DNA of 64,000 nt. It comes from Trichinella spiralis (Eukaryota). The position numbers and the translations under genes were made by a program. Positions 39,927 through 54,087 of this stretch are shown here, in pieces (position 1 is the stretch's first letter; each line of letters starts with the position of its first letter). The DNA lies in assembly GCF_000181795.1 (NCBI RefSeq), contig NW_003526944.1, positions 3,516,706 through 3,580,705 on the forward strand. The letters run 5' to 3'. The notes beneath the pieces are model-generated. The model had not been told where the DNA came from and made no database searches. It saw only the letters and a list, made by a program, of their open reading frames with translations.

Positions 39927-40965
39927 CAAAATTTTCCACACATTAACATTAACATTATATATTTATGATCATCATTATTATTATAATTATCTATCTTAAG
40001 AGTTTATGTTTATAAAATCAAATTAAAAATAAATATTTAAATAAAAACCCTTAACTAAAATAGTGATTTTTTGTTATCAAAAAATTCAACTAAAGCTACT
40101 AAAGCAGAAAAATCGCTTTCACAATTGCAATTCATAAAAACAGTTAGAAGATCTCGAACCAGTACGTGAATAACAGTTTCAGAGAAGAAACAGACAAATA
40201 AAATGGGATAATCTGTGTAGTGTGACAAGATAAATAGAAAAACTGCATTTTTCCCAAGTCAACTTTTCAATGTAACCACCACTTCTGATCTTTACTAGTC
40301 ATATTGATGAGAAAAATATGTCACAAAATATTGCACAACTGATATTCACAGTAGGATAAAAAATGCAAAAATTTCGCCGCTCATTCAAAAGTACATTGAA
40401 CACGCATGTTTATTAATAAATAAATACACAAATATATGCATATAATACGAATAAAAAAATATCTTTCAAACACACACACACACACATCAGTGTCCTAATG
40501 TTACTGCTTCGCTAGTTTGTTGAAATAATTTTATAAACAAAGAAATAATTAATTGTTCAATAAGATATCTTATTAATAAGTTGCCAAATTAAAAATTTTT
40601 CATTCCTCGAAGTCAATAGTTGTCTATTATTCAATCAATCAATTTTTTAAAAATATTTCAGCACGATCAAATAAATAAAAATGATTTTTTTTCATATTTA
40701 TACAATTATTAATTCAGTCGTCATTATTAATAAATTTGTCATAAATTTAACAATGAATTTAAACAAATGCACACGTTTAAAGTAACTTCCGTTTGAAAAA
40801 TTTAAACTCAACCAAAACGCTTAGTTTAAAGTTCTGATGAAAAATATTTAAAACAACACCATTAAATGCATTCATGCCGTTCGCCTGAAACGGTACCTCT
40901 CTCTCGTCGATAAAAGTGAAAATCAAGACAACCGTGAATCGATTTTGCACAAACAAACAACAAGC

Positions 40966-42322
40966 ATGTCGTCGTCTTTGACTTGTTGCCAACAATTGAG
41001 AAGTATGTGAAAAATTTGTTATTTTTTACCAATAATAATAATAATAATAATCATCATTAGCATAATTCGAATATTTGCAGCGATAACTTGTAATCAATTA
41101 CGACTGACGCTCACGGTGCTGTTGTTGTTGATCAAATATGGCCAAGCTCTTTCTTGCCCGCACAGAATTTTCCAAAAAACCCCGGGCTGGGAATTACAAC
41201 AAGGATGCGTTACAGTTGTAAAAATTAAATCGTACGACAAGTATAACAGTTTTCCAACAAACTACTTAGAAACATGCCAACAATACAACAACGGTTTGGA
41301 ATATACGTTCAAAGATCTAGGCACGGTACTTCCAGAACAGACTGCAATAAAAGATCGAAGTCGTAGGATGAAAATATATCTGAATTACAACATAACACGT
41401 CAAAAATATTCCAACAATAATTCCATGGTCGACTATTCATTGGAAGGAACTATGGACGATGGAAATTTGCAAAGATTCTTTCGACAAAATAACAAATGGA
41501 TAAGCGCTAAAAAAAAGCTTATCCCAAATGAATGGGTAAACAAAATTGGATATGATACAATCAAACCGCCACTCTGCGCTGTATATGTGAACAATCGTAT
41601 TGATTTTATTGAATGCAAATTTGGTAAAACTTTCACGCATGTAGTTTGCATCATCCCAAAAATTGGAAAATGCAAACCTGAAGATGAAGAAATGAAGCCT
41701 AACGGCTGCACTGAATGTAAAGAAAATCTTCTACTTCCTTTTTGTTACGGTAAATTCATCATCATCTATTTATTCGATGTTTTCATTTTTGAAAAAGAAT
41801 CAAAATTTTCACAACAACCACTTAGCTTTAAATTTTCATTTTAAATATTTAAAGTTTGAAAAACATTTATTTTAGAAAAAAGAGAAATTTATAGTAACGT
41901 CAATACTGTGAATTACGTGACACCAATAATAATTGTAAGCCTCATCGGATTTATTTTTATCTTCAAGTGTGCGAATGTAAGTGGCAGAGGTTTCTTTTTT
42001 CTATTCTCACAATAATTTTATTCATATTCGATAATCATGAATGACAATAATATGAAAAAAAATAACATCATCTAAAAGTTAAATTCTTTGCACATAAATT
42101 GAAAATACCGAAAAATAACACAAAATTTTACAGTGTGAGATGTACAATAATTTTTAATTGAACACTACTTAAGATTGATATAATTATAAATTCCACTTTT
42201 GTATTTAGGATTGTTACCTGAAGAAAAAGAAAAATGAGTTGGCTCAATTCATGGAAAGTGTCACTGCAACTACAATGACATCTGTTGTTTCATTTACGCC
42301 AGGAAACAAAAATGAAGAATAA
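40966..42322 (+). CDS. Cys-rich type I membrane protein, tandem paralogue 2
   Basis: Same Cys and Trp pattern (CPHRIFQKTPGW..IYLNY..IPNEWV..LCAV..CKFGKTFTHVVC..GKCK..GCTECKENLLLPFC). TM exon at about 41876-41976 and tail exon at about 42209-42322. Confidence 0.85.
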
Positions 42323-43221
42323 GAATACCAAAGTAACAGAAATTAATTAAAAGTGAAGAAAGAAATGAAGAATATAAAATCACTAATCGCTACTTATGAT
42401 AATAATAATAATAAATTCAGTTCGATATATCATACATATACATAATGAGAATAATATAAATAATTTTTCTACTGTACAAACGATGACTTCAGTGTTGTGC
42501 AATTAAATCTTGCTTGTTTTAATATACCATTGAAGAAAATATCAAAAATATACTCAATCTTCGTTCACTAATCATCCAGTAGTGATGGCAATTATTAAAA
42601 AATGAATTTTTCCATTTCAAAATTGTAATTAGCACAATAATAAATACATAAAAAACATTGAACAAGATCTGCCAATTCATTTACAAAAAGCACTAATTCT
42701 CCTATTGCACCTATAAATTGTTGAACAACAACGTTCGTCATTTTGTTACCACCACCATCAAAAGTCAGGCATTATATATATATATATATATATCGATAAC
42801 TCGACAGATATTAGATTTACATTTTCTATATGCAAATGATGATCGAATGGTTGAAGAAGAAAATAGCACATAAGCAAAACGTTCATTTGCAGTGTTGAAT
42901 TTCAATTTCAAATAAAATTTTCACAATATGAATATAATATCACTGTAAAAGAGAAGAAAATTAAATTCAGATCAAAAGTGAACTTTAAAAAAATTCCATT
43001 TACATACAATTTGTTTAAAACATGAACTTTAAACTATACCAAATGTTTAAACAACAATCGATTGAAAGTGGAAAATTAATCAATCGACGATATTTTATTC
43101 ATCAAAATACATCAACAGTGAAAGGTAGAAGAGATTTGAACAAAAGTGAATCGGGATGGATTGGCGTTGGAGAAAAAAAACCAACGCAAAAATTTCCGTT
43201 CTTTCGGAAAAGACGTCAAAT

Positions 43222-44597
43222 ATGCTGGTATTGGTTTTCACCATCTTCTTGTTAGTATTGTTGGACAGTTGTTGTTGTGCATCCGAGAATGGTCACTGCC
43301 CGCATGAAATATTCCAAAAAACACCCGGCTGGAACTACTCCAACAATTGTGTAGCTATAGTGAGATTCACGTCAAAGTACAACGACATGGTAGACGGCTA
43401 CGTCGAAACTTGCAAAAAATACAACCATGGAACTTGGTACAATATATCCGACCTGTACCAGACACTGAAGAAAAAGAAGCATCTGATGGACAAGTTGGCA
43501 AAAGATATGATGATTTATTTGAATTTCCAAATTGTGGACAAAGTGGTGAGCAACAATGCCACGATTATCAATTACACGGTCATTGACACTACATTTGGCC
43601 AAAAATTTGAAGTGTTCAAATTGATCAACGACACTTGGACGGCAGTGGGCGATTTGAATAATTCCATTCCCATATGGTGGGTGGAGAAACATCGAGAAAA
43701 GAAGGAAATAAAATATAAATTGTGCGCTATGTACCACAAAAATATACACTTTGTCGTCTGCGACATGAACCACCTCACGCATGTCGCTTGCATCGTACCG
43801 CGGATTGGTGAATGCAAAGTTGTAAATGCGGAAATGGACGTCAAAGGCTGTACTTACTGCAAACACAATTATTTACTGCCCTATTGCAAACGTATTATTT
43901 GTTCATCTCATATATTAATACATTTCTCATCCGTTTGGTCAATTAAATCATCAAATAATGAATTTTATATCATTTCAGAGGAAAAGATAACCACAGTCGA
44001 AGCTGCAGAAACAATCCAACTGATGGTGGGTATTGCAGCTGTTACCATTACCCTTCTCCTCATTCTAATTGTAATATACAGACGAATGGTAATATTCATC
44101 ATTATAATAATAGAAATGTTAAATAATAATATATAATAACAACTTTGCCTAGAATAAGTTGAAATATTCATCTCATTATATTTCTTTTGAAATTTTCCAA
44201 CTAATTTTTAGAAAGGCAAAATGAATGAGATTTCGAAGAACACTTCCCGTGCTGCAGCCCCAGCCCCAGCCCCACAGATAATAGTACCCGAATCGCCAAC
44301 TCTATCATTCACCGAGTAATAAAAAACTTGCACTTATTGAAATTACAATGACTTATTGAAAAACATTTGAATATTATTTACAGCTCACAACATTCTATCA
44401 AATCTTTGATTCCATTTACATTTGACGATAAAACTGATGAGAGAACTGATGAGAAAACTGAAGGAAAATCCGATTACATGTCCACTTTGAAACAATTTGC
44501 ATCTATTAAACTTGGTAAGTTGAAGAGAAAAAAACATACAAACAAAAACTTGAAAATGAAAACGTTTCTTTTCATTTCAGTTCAAAATAACAGTTGA
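43222..44597 (+). CDS. Cys-rich type I membrane protein, tandem paralogue 3 (alternative stop at 44319 if the intron is retained; an upstream in-frame ATG lies at 43156)
   Basis: CPHEIFQKTPGW..IYLNF..IPIWWV..LCAM..C..THVAC..GECK..GCTYCKHNYLLPYC, then TM LMVGIAAVTITLLLILIVIY and tail exons. Confidence 0.85.
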
Positions 44598-45205
44598 AAA
44601 TTCGAAGATCCCGCCGCTTTGATAAACATTTATTTGAAAAGTTCATCATGTTTCACTAACGATTTAATTTATGGAAAGCATTAATAATTAATGTGAATAA
44701 CATTTTCATTACAAATGCGTTTTCTTGCAAATTTCAAAAACCAAATGACAAAAATTTACTAACTCATATCGGCCATGAAAAAAATCACACAACGCAACCG
44801 ACTACAATTGTGAAGAAACTTTCAAATCGAGAAAAATACCCAAAAGCACTACTACTTTCATTTCACACAACGAACCGAATGCTCAAATGATCAGAAAAAA
44901 AACACTTGAAGATACTTTATAAAATCACACCACCAAAATGTATGCAGCAAACAGTAAATATGCAAAAATGTAAAGTTAGCTTACCTTTTTGACGTAACGA
45001 CGCGCTGTTGATGGAAAAATGGATCTAATCACAGAAGCAAGTGAATTACCATTATTTGGACTGAAATTTAACAATTTCCCATAAAACAAAGCATCAAATA
45101 TTACTGGGCCGTACAAGACAAATACGACTGAAATGTATTGGCCATTTATTGTCCAGTATCAGTAGTTTATCATTTTACATCCTTTCATTTCAGTGTTGTT
45201 TGATA

Positions 45206-46846
45206 CTACTGTGACACGTGATCAGTTTGATTATTGAACGGTATCACATCCGAATCTCCACTTTGTGTGGACACTGATTCAGAATCATACGTATCGGATG
45301 AATCATCAACCACTTCGTCAGCAGCAGGCGAATTTTTATCGGCATGCAATGCGGAAGGAAAACAACCCCCATTTTTACTCAAAATCACATGGTTGATGCG
45401 AGATTTGCAATAGACCTAAAAATGAAAACGAATCGATCGACCACAATCGACGAGATTTCAATATTGGATGAACCAAAAAAAATAATACTTTGTAGAGCAT
45501 TTTCTTCGTTTCCAGCTCATGCACGCGAACAAAACGATCTATCGACGACGATACAACGTACGGTAATGTTTCGTGGCATTGCAATGATGTCACACCTCCA
45601 TTGAAGCCTTTGAAAATGTGCACCAGCTTTACTGTAAAATTAAAAAAGTAAACAATGAAAAAAAAACAATTAACACCACTTGTCCACACCAACAATAGCA
45701 TACCTTTGGCTCGCAAATCGAACAGACCAACTCGACCACGAGTATCACCAGCGATGATTTTGCTGAATGGAAATTATTTTATTCATCTCTTGATCAAAAT
45801 GCAAATAACTATTTTTTTACTCGTCTTCGTGATTGGTCATCGCTGTAAAACTGCTGTCTTCAAACCATTGAAAATCGACAACAGGCCTTCGTTGTCCACA
45901 TCTTGTATCGTAGGAACGAATCTGGGACAAAAAGGAGAAGAAAAACTGATTTTTTTTCAAAATACAATTTAAAAAATTTCAACATTTCAACCTGCCCGTA
46001 AGCTGTGCATGTTGCCAAAACGTTCTCGGATACGAAGGCAATATCGCGAATCCAAACTGGTACACGAAGGTCGAGAAAATCATTGCGAACCTGAATAATT
46101 GAATCGAAATAATATTTTAATTTATGATTTATAAAAAAATTTATTTAAACTTGTACATTTTTTGCACTAAACAAAGGCATCTGTGGGTCGGAAAGTGACC
46201 AAAGTTTCAGATCATTCTCTTTACCACCAGTAGCGACAAAGTTGTGATCAAATTGATTCTGACGCATCCGACTTATCCCAGAACCGACGTTCACTTTCAC
46301 CTACGACGAATATTCTGCAACTGTACAACAACAAAACAACAATATATTTTTCCATCAATTACTTCTTCTTCGCCTTCAGTGTTCAAAACGATCAAATCGC
46401 CTGATTCTCTGCAAAGGGCGATGACGCTGAAAATTTCCCAAAATCAAACCACAACCGACCGAAATAATTATAAAATTCCACCGCATACTTTTCGTCCAAC
46501 GAACACAAACCTCGAACTCTACCGTGGCCGGATTTCAAATGGAAATATTCATTCCACGATTTGGCGCCAATTTTGTAAATTCGCAACCGCCCATCTCGGC
46601 AAGTGCAAAGCAACCGAGTTGCGGCACCGTCCTCGTCGGTCAACCAGTGCAAATAGTCGACCGGTTCGGCGGCGGACGGGTTGGAAATTTCCGACAAATT
46701 GACATACGAATTCGAGCCAAAATTCAAACCTGCAAATACAATAGACGGTCGACGGTAGTGAAACGACAGTAAAAACAAAATAAGCATACAAACGACGAAA
46801 AATTACCTTTGAGAAGTCCATTTTCAGAAGCTGCGTACGCATCCAT
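45206..46846 (-). CDS. WDR74: WD-repeat protein 74 / NSA1, 60S ribosome biogenesis factor
   Basis: MDAYAASENGLLKG at the N-terminus; ATGGKENDLKLW..FSAKN|VRNDFLDLRVPVWIRDIAF; YDTRCGQRRPV; FKGFNGGVTSL..SSIDRFVRVH; acidic tail. Confidence 0.92.
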
Positions 46847-48533
46847 GGAACTGAAATGCACAATTGAACCGATCGAAGCTGGACTGATTAGAAAGATGAA
46901 AATTTCTAATTGTTCAAATAAACAAAAATCAATCAGCAATCAATTCAACTTCTTTAACAAAACATAACCAAAAATAATACAATAACGGACCATTTAATGT
47001 GAAAAAATTAAAATATGAAATAAATATAACACAACAAAAATGCATAAATAAAAGTAGAATTGTTTGAATGTTGAACTGAAATTAATGATCAATAATAAAC
47101 AATGCTACGCAAAACTGTACATACTATTTATCTAAAAATACTTTTGTAAAACAATTATTATAAAACATTAATCTAATAAATTTATAAAAACAATTCAATC
47201 AGTCTATTTATAAAACCTCAAAACTAGCTGATAATAGTTAATTTTATCAACAGTTACAGTAATGTTACAAAACAAAATTCAAATCAAATGATTCAGGTTG
47301 GCATGACATATCGGCATGGAACGCAATAACAAAATACTTAATTTTGTTCAACAAATACTTTAACAAAAATACATCAAGTCCTTTCACAATGTACAGCACA
47401 GTACATAATTACTGCCCTGTTGGAAAATATAAAAAGAAATTTATACTTTTATTTTCAACTTAAAATGCTAATTTATTCAAATTTCACTTTTACAGTACGC
47501 ACAGCATTTAACAAATTTGTTTCTAACAAGAATATACAACCATATAGAATTCTATGATCAGTAAAAAAAATCGATAAAACATATTACCATTTCATGCTGA
47601 AAGTCACTTATCAACAAATACTCAGTAATTATGAGCATAAAATTGATCATTATCACACCTAACGTTAATGTAAATAGCAAGAAATAAAAACAAAGAAATA
47701 ACAATTCTAATTTATATTTCTAAAAGAAATAAAAACTGTTAATTTGAAAAAAATTATTAAATTAAAAATTAAACTTACTTTTCCTATTTTGGTATGCAAA
47801 AAAGATGCAGCTTTTAGAAATCAGTAAAGATTGCTGTATTGAAAAATAATTAGGTGCAATTGGTTTATCATCGCAGTTCTCATTTGTTTATCAAAAATTA
47901 AAGATTCAAATTTTTTAATATAATAAAATTAAACGCATACTTTTCGACATTACTGTTTTTATTAATTAACAATGCCTTCTTCAAAATACAACTACAGTAT
48001 GTCACAACTTAACAAAGTAATATTTTCAGTTGTTAATCAAACATTAATAGAAAAATTTACATAAAGTTAACTATACGATTTACACGTAACAAAGAAAACA
48101 TTTTACATATAACATACATAACATTATTTTACGTTTTACATATAATAATTTCTTCCATAATCATGCATACACTTTAAAAATACGAAAACAAATAAACATA
48201 AAAATATATCTGGCAAAATTGCCTGTTCCTTTCCAGTTTTTCTGACTAGCACTTCTTCACAAGCAACGACAAAATATCACTTCTCCAAACCGCAAAAAGC
48301 CATATTGCCATTTGTTAAGAAGGAACATTTGGGGATATTATTTATTTACATTTTGCCCAGATGACAATATTATTAAAATACTTTTTAAATAATTACATTA
48401 GAATAGTAATTTCACATGAGAGGACACAAACAAAAGATATTTTTTCTCATTTTATTTCATTTCATCAAGTAGCACAATATGCAGTATTCATCTATTGCGC
48501 ATGACAATTTTCAGCACTCATTCGCTCTACTAT

Positions 48534-49378
48534 TTAGCTCAATTGTCCGCAGTCCATTACAGTAACTGCAGATCTTGTATTTCCACCCGAAGATCCTTCA
48601 CTTTCCATTAACTTCACTACGTCCATACCTTCAACGACAGAACCAAAAACGACGTGCTTTCCATCCAACCTGAAGCGATTCATTTAATATTTTTCAGTAA
48701 TGTAAAGATTTGGAAAGGAATACCATGACGCCTTGACGGTGGTAATGAAAAATTGAGAACCATTAGTGTTCGGTCCGGCATTCGCCATTGACAATGTTCC
48801 AGGACCGATGTGCTTCAACTTAAAGTTTTCGTCCTTAAACTTTTCGCCATAGATAGACTCGCCGCCTGTACCATTGCCATTTGTAAAATCTCCACCCTAG
48901 AACTGCCCAGGTTGAAAAATGAAAAATTTTAATGTCACTCCAAACACACCTGACACATAAAATTCGGTATAATGCGATGGAATTTCGAATGTTTATAGTG
49001 CAGGGGCTTGCCTTCTTTACCAATGCCTTTCTCTCCAGTGCACAGAGCGCGAAAGTTCTCGGCCGTAATAGGTACTACATCTGAAAACAACTAAAACAAA
49101 AAAAAAATAAAATGAAACATAATACAATGATGAATCACCATCATGAGTGATAAAAAAAGAAAAGATTTTTTAATGATAAATCTATTTTGGGAGACGAAAT
49201 GAAGTATCAATAAAAATTTCTTTCGAACAGTTTAACTATCACTGAAAGAAGCATGTTTTCATTTCATTTAAAAATACATCCACAAAAGATCAAATAATTT
49301 TTTTACTTCAATCACCAGTCGCCCAACTGGTCGACCTCCAATGCCGATATCCATAAAAACACGCGGACGTCCTGTCAT
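48534..49378 (-). CDS. Cyclophilin-type peptidyl-prolyl isomerase, divergent-loop class (similar to C. elegans CYN-3/CYN-7), 4 exons
   Basis: [95 protein letters not shown]. Confidence 0.96.
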
Positions 49379-50440
49379 TGTACTAATCTAAATTATAAAA
49401 AAAAACTCAGTCAACACAGCCAAAAAAAATTCAATCATCAAAAGCTAACCAACGAAATCGAGCAAAGCCAAAAATCTGAGCAGTATACCGCAAGAGATTC
49501 ACCACTCCAACTGACTCGATTGTTCCGCTGATAACGGTAAAGAAACGCAGCCAATCGAACTTTATACTGTAATGACCTAATTTTTCATACATTTATTGAG
49601 GAATTATAAAAAAATACAAAGTATAAAAATATATATAATAAAGAAGTAATTTAATAAAATAACTATTACATTTTAATTCTTTCCATAATTTTTAACTGAT
49701 TTTCTTTAACAAAAAAATGATTTAAAAAAGCACGTTACAATGCAAATAAAATTCTGCGTAGCATGATTTAAAAATAATGTTTTGTGCAATTTTAAGCTCA
49801 TTTATAAAAAATAAAAATTGAATTAAAATAAAATTAATTGTAAGTGGCCTGAATAAATTAGGGAAAAAATGTAATTTCGAAAAAAGCAGCATTAATTGAA
49901 ATGTAAAAATTATTAATTAAATAATCTGATATTTTCATGCAATGAATGCTGCTTTACATATAAAGTATTAGCAAAAAATGTATTAGTTACATGTGAATCA
50001 AAAAAAATGCATTAAAAAGTACTCATCAGCTACAGTATGACGACAAGATGTGGCATGTTTGCAATGCTGTAATGTGACCGAGGGGCTTGATTCGTGATAT
50101 GTAAATTAAAGTGTTCTGAAGTGTGAATTAATTATTCAAATTTACATAAATTATTTAGAGAATTTTTAACTATGTTTCTGTTGTGGATATTGATTTCGTT
50201 TTCTGCTGTTCATTTCCATTCATAATTTAAAATTGGGTGAAAATAAGTTTGGTTGACATTAAAAAAGTCTGCAAAATAGTCGGTTACATTTATTTCTGCT
50301 TTTCACGAAAAAAATGTCTTAAAATATCTGTGCAACAACAACAAGAACAACAAAAGAGAGATCGGAAAGGTAATTTTGGAACCAACTGCGAACTTTGCAC
50401 GTTCCAAGATAGAAGAAATGTTGTTTAAGCATCTTCTTGC

Positions 50441-52134
50441 TTATTTTTTTTCTGCCATGGCAGTTAGAAATGTTCTTATGAACGGTTCATAATCGTGCAC
50501 TCGACGAGCATCATCGACAAGAAATTGTTCTTTTCGTTCTTTCAATGCATTAATTTCCATTTTCACCTGTCCAATCTCCGATTCGACGTAGTTCAATAGG
50601 GCGATCAGTTTCTAAAATCACAGCTCTTCAAATAACAACGATACAGTTATTGTTTAAAAGAAAAATTATTACAGTAACGCAAATTTTGAATACAACCACT
50701 TGAGCTGATGATACCGTTAATTTCAAATTGATAAACTTTCTATTCCGATGAAAAAACCAATCGTTGACAACAGATTGAGACAGAAGCTGCTCAATGCTGC
50801 TAATTCCATTTGGCATTGAAAAACATGAGCATTTTGAATCGGTGCATTTTGTTGATTTAAATGATGATTCACAGAACAACAGCAGCCGACGGCGGCGTTC
50901 TTCCACGCCTAATTTTTTATCTGTCCTCAGTTTCGAACCGACAAACTGAATAAATAAATTTTTTAAATTTGCATAACACAAAAGCAATTTCAATTGCCGC
51001 GCACCTTTTCCAGAATCTGCGTCAATATTTGCACGTTAGCTTTCAAGATGCCCAGCTTTTCTTCTGCTTCCACAATTGGACAAGGGATCACTGCCATCAA
51101 GTTGTACCGAATTTCATTCGAATGTACATTCGAATTTGAAAATCGTTCCAAAACTATCTTCTGAAAGTAATCTGTCCATGGAGTGTTTGCTGATATCTCG
51201 CCTGAAACAAATACAAAAATTCTTATTTGTTATTTTCTTGAACATGCAACGAATTTTTCCCACTTTACATCAATAGTCAATTTACCAAGATCAATTGGAA
51301 AATCTTTCAAGCTGTCCAATTCGTACAAATGACCATCAAATTGAATATAACTGGAAAAATGAAATCTGTCCTGCTTAGATGAAGAATATACTACGGATCT
51401 ACGCACTGGCCGGTTCGCTTGCTTCTTCAACTCTCTCACAGCGTCTGGTCTAGCGTGCTTGTTGTGACAACGTGCCAGTTCAGAGGTATTTGCGACTATT
51501 ACACCACTACTCTTGAAAAAGCAACAATGATTAATTTAAAACTGACCAACAATTAGTATTACTTCTGGATCTAAGCCTTTCGTCAATTCCTTTATATTCT
51601 TCAACAGTGGACCAATAGTTATATCATTTAAGTTTAACAAAATATTCAACAAAGCATACGTGGCACAAGAATTTGATACTTTCTGAAATGAACCATTGAA
51701 ATAGGAGAAAATTATTAGCAAAAGCAATGTCAAAAAATTTCAAATATACAGTACCTGCTTTGCAAAAAATAGTCGATGATTCAGTACATTATTTTCTGAC
51801 TTTGCATTGAAGTCCCAAAGTTCGCGTCGCCCCCTACGATGTTCCCCCAACCATTTGAACAAAAATATAAACCCATAGGTTCGGCTGGAGAAAAAAAATC
51901 TAAATAATTTAAACAACAAATTTAAACTGAACAGATACCTGTTCAATGGCGATTGCAAGTCGTATATTTCTTCCACTGCCAGTCCGCTAACACCAAAATC
52001 TTCAATGAGCAGAGTAAATAAACCTCAAAACACAAATACTGTTGTTTAATCGACCAAAAATCAATATTATTTGAAATCAAACCTGGATCGCTTTCCAATT
52101 CTGCCCAAGATTCCTCTTCCAAATGTTTCTGCAT
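50441..52134 (-). CDS. BAP1: BAP1/Calypso-type ubiquitin C-terminal hydrolase
   Basis: WAELESDPGLFTLLIEDFG..EEIYDLQ..YGFIFLFKW; catalytic Q, C (NSCAT), H (FHF) and D (YELD) present; HNKHARP motif; C-terminal ULD DDARRVHDYEPFIRTFL. Confidence 0.88.
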
Positions 52135-54087
52135 TGTTCAATGTTTGACTTATTTCAGAAGATTCAGAAATTTGAAAGTAAAAAATATTGGTAATTTTTT
52201 AATTAATAGGTTAAAAAATAAATGGTGACATCACAGTTGACAAACGTGTGGACAGAATTATAATACTTAAAAAAGTACTTATTTCTGAAAAAAGTTTCAA
52301 AATAAAACAATAAACATTTTCAGTGGGAAAATTATACTTAAATAATTCATTTCAATAACAAGTTAAAAGTGAATTTGCGTAAAATGAAAATTAATAATCG
52401 GCTTCACCGCCGCAAGGCAAAAGATATAAACATCAGTATTTCGATATAGAATTGGAAAAATATTATTTACCTTACTCAAAGAATTCATATTCCAGTCCTG
52501 GCAACTGTTTCTCGAAGTTTTGCAATGACTAAACACAAATCAATTGAAAGCGCGTAATATATGTATATACAGTGTTCGGTGAACAATTTCACTTCCGCAT
52601 ATTTATGAAAAATAAAATGGAAAAATAATTGGATACACTGAGAAATCTGAATTAAGACCAACGATGAATTACTTTTTCATATACACAATAACAAATAATG
52701 AAAAATATGAATTCGCGGCTACAAACGAATTAAAACTACTTTCGCACATCTACTGAAACATGTTTGTCCAGTTTCTATGATCAAAGTAATAGTTGTTTGA
52801 CTCAGAAAAAGCCATTCATAACCATTCTTTCTGTTTGTTTCGTACATTTCGTTATATTTCATACAAATGAAGTTCCTTCATATTAAATAGAGAAATTCTT
52901 GAATTTCATTTTAAGCACTAAATTAAATAAGTTTAATCACTTTTCAAAACAATCGTTGGAAATTTTTCTTGATGTAAATGTAAGTAAACTGTAAAATCAC
53001 CTTTTCCACTCAAAAGTATGCCATGTACTTTACAAACGCAAGTTCCTCTTCATATACTGTAATGACGAAATCAAGTAAGGCACTACAATGCTTAACAGTA
53101 AAGTTCGCAGCAAAAAGCTACCGCTAATGAAAAGCAGATGTAAATGAAAGTAAATCTATATATATTAGTACATTTTTTCATTCTCTGCACAATTTTGTGA
53201 AAATCAGTTTTTCAGTTTCTATTTTTACAGTATTATGTATTTTTATTCCTAATATTTTATTCATTTAAAAATAAATATTGAAACATATCTGCCAATATAA
53301 CATTCTCATATTTTAAGGTAATCGGATTTCTGTTAAAATTAAACCTGCTCATCATTTTAGTTCAACTATTAAAGAATTCAATTTTAAATTTAAAATTAAT
53401 TACAGTCTTTTAACTCTTATAAATTTTATCAGATAAATGTAATCAATTTATAAATTTCATGTAATATGATAAATTTTTACTTGTCAAGACAGTATGACAA
53501 AGTCTATAAAATTGAATTGTTTATTATTTATTATGCAAGAATAATTTAATAATTTCATTAAAATAATTAAATAAATTAAAATTTTTAATTAATTGTTAAA
53601 GAACGCAAATCAAATACTTGTAAGTGACATGTTGAACTTGATTTTTTTTATTCTGTAAGTGTACGTTATTTTTCTACGGTTTGTGTGAGTTATTCTTTCA
53701 ATTTTTTATAACATATTTTTCTGCTTTAATTTTCATTTTATGTTATAACATTAATAATAATAATTTAAAAATTTTGTGCCGTGCGTGTCTATTTGATGTT
53801 GGTTATCGTTATTCTATGAAAATTGTTGTTCCTTTGATATCTTAAAATTTCCAGTATTTTGGAGTAAGTTTATGTTATAGTTCGAAAGTAATGTTAAATT
53901 TAACCTTGTTAAACTATATTTCATTTAAAATGTAGAAAAGCAGTAGCATTTGTTTCGAAAGTTGAAGTGGTCTTTCTACAGATATTTTACATAAGCTAAA
54001 TATTGATTAAATGCATCGGTCGCATATTGATATTTGTCTTTATATTTGTTTAAATGTTACTGTATTTTCATTTCAGAAAGTATTTTT

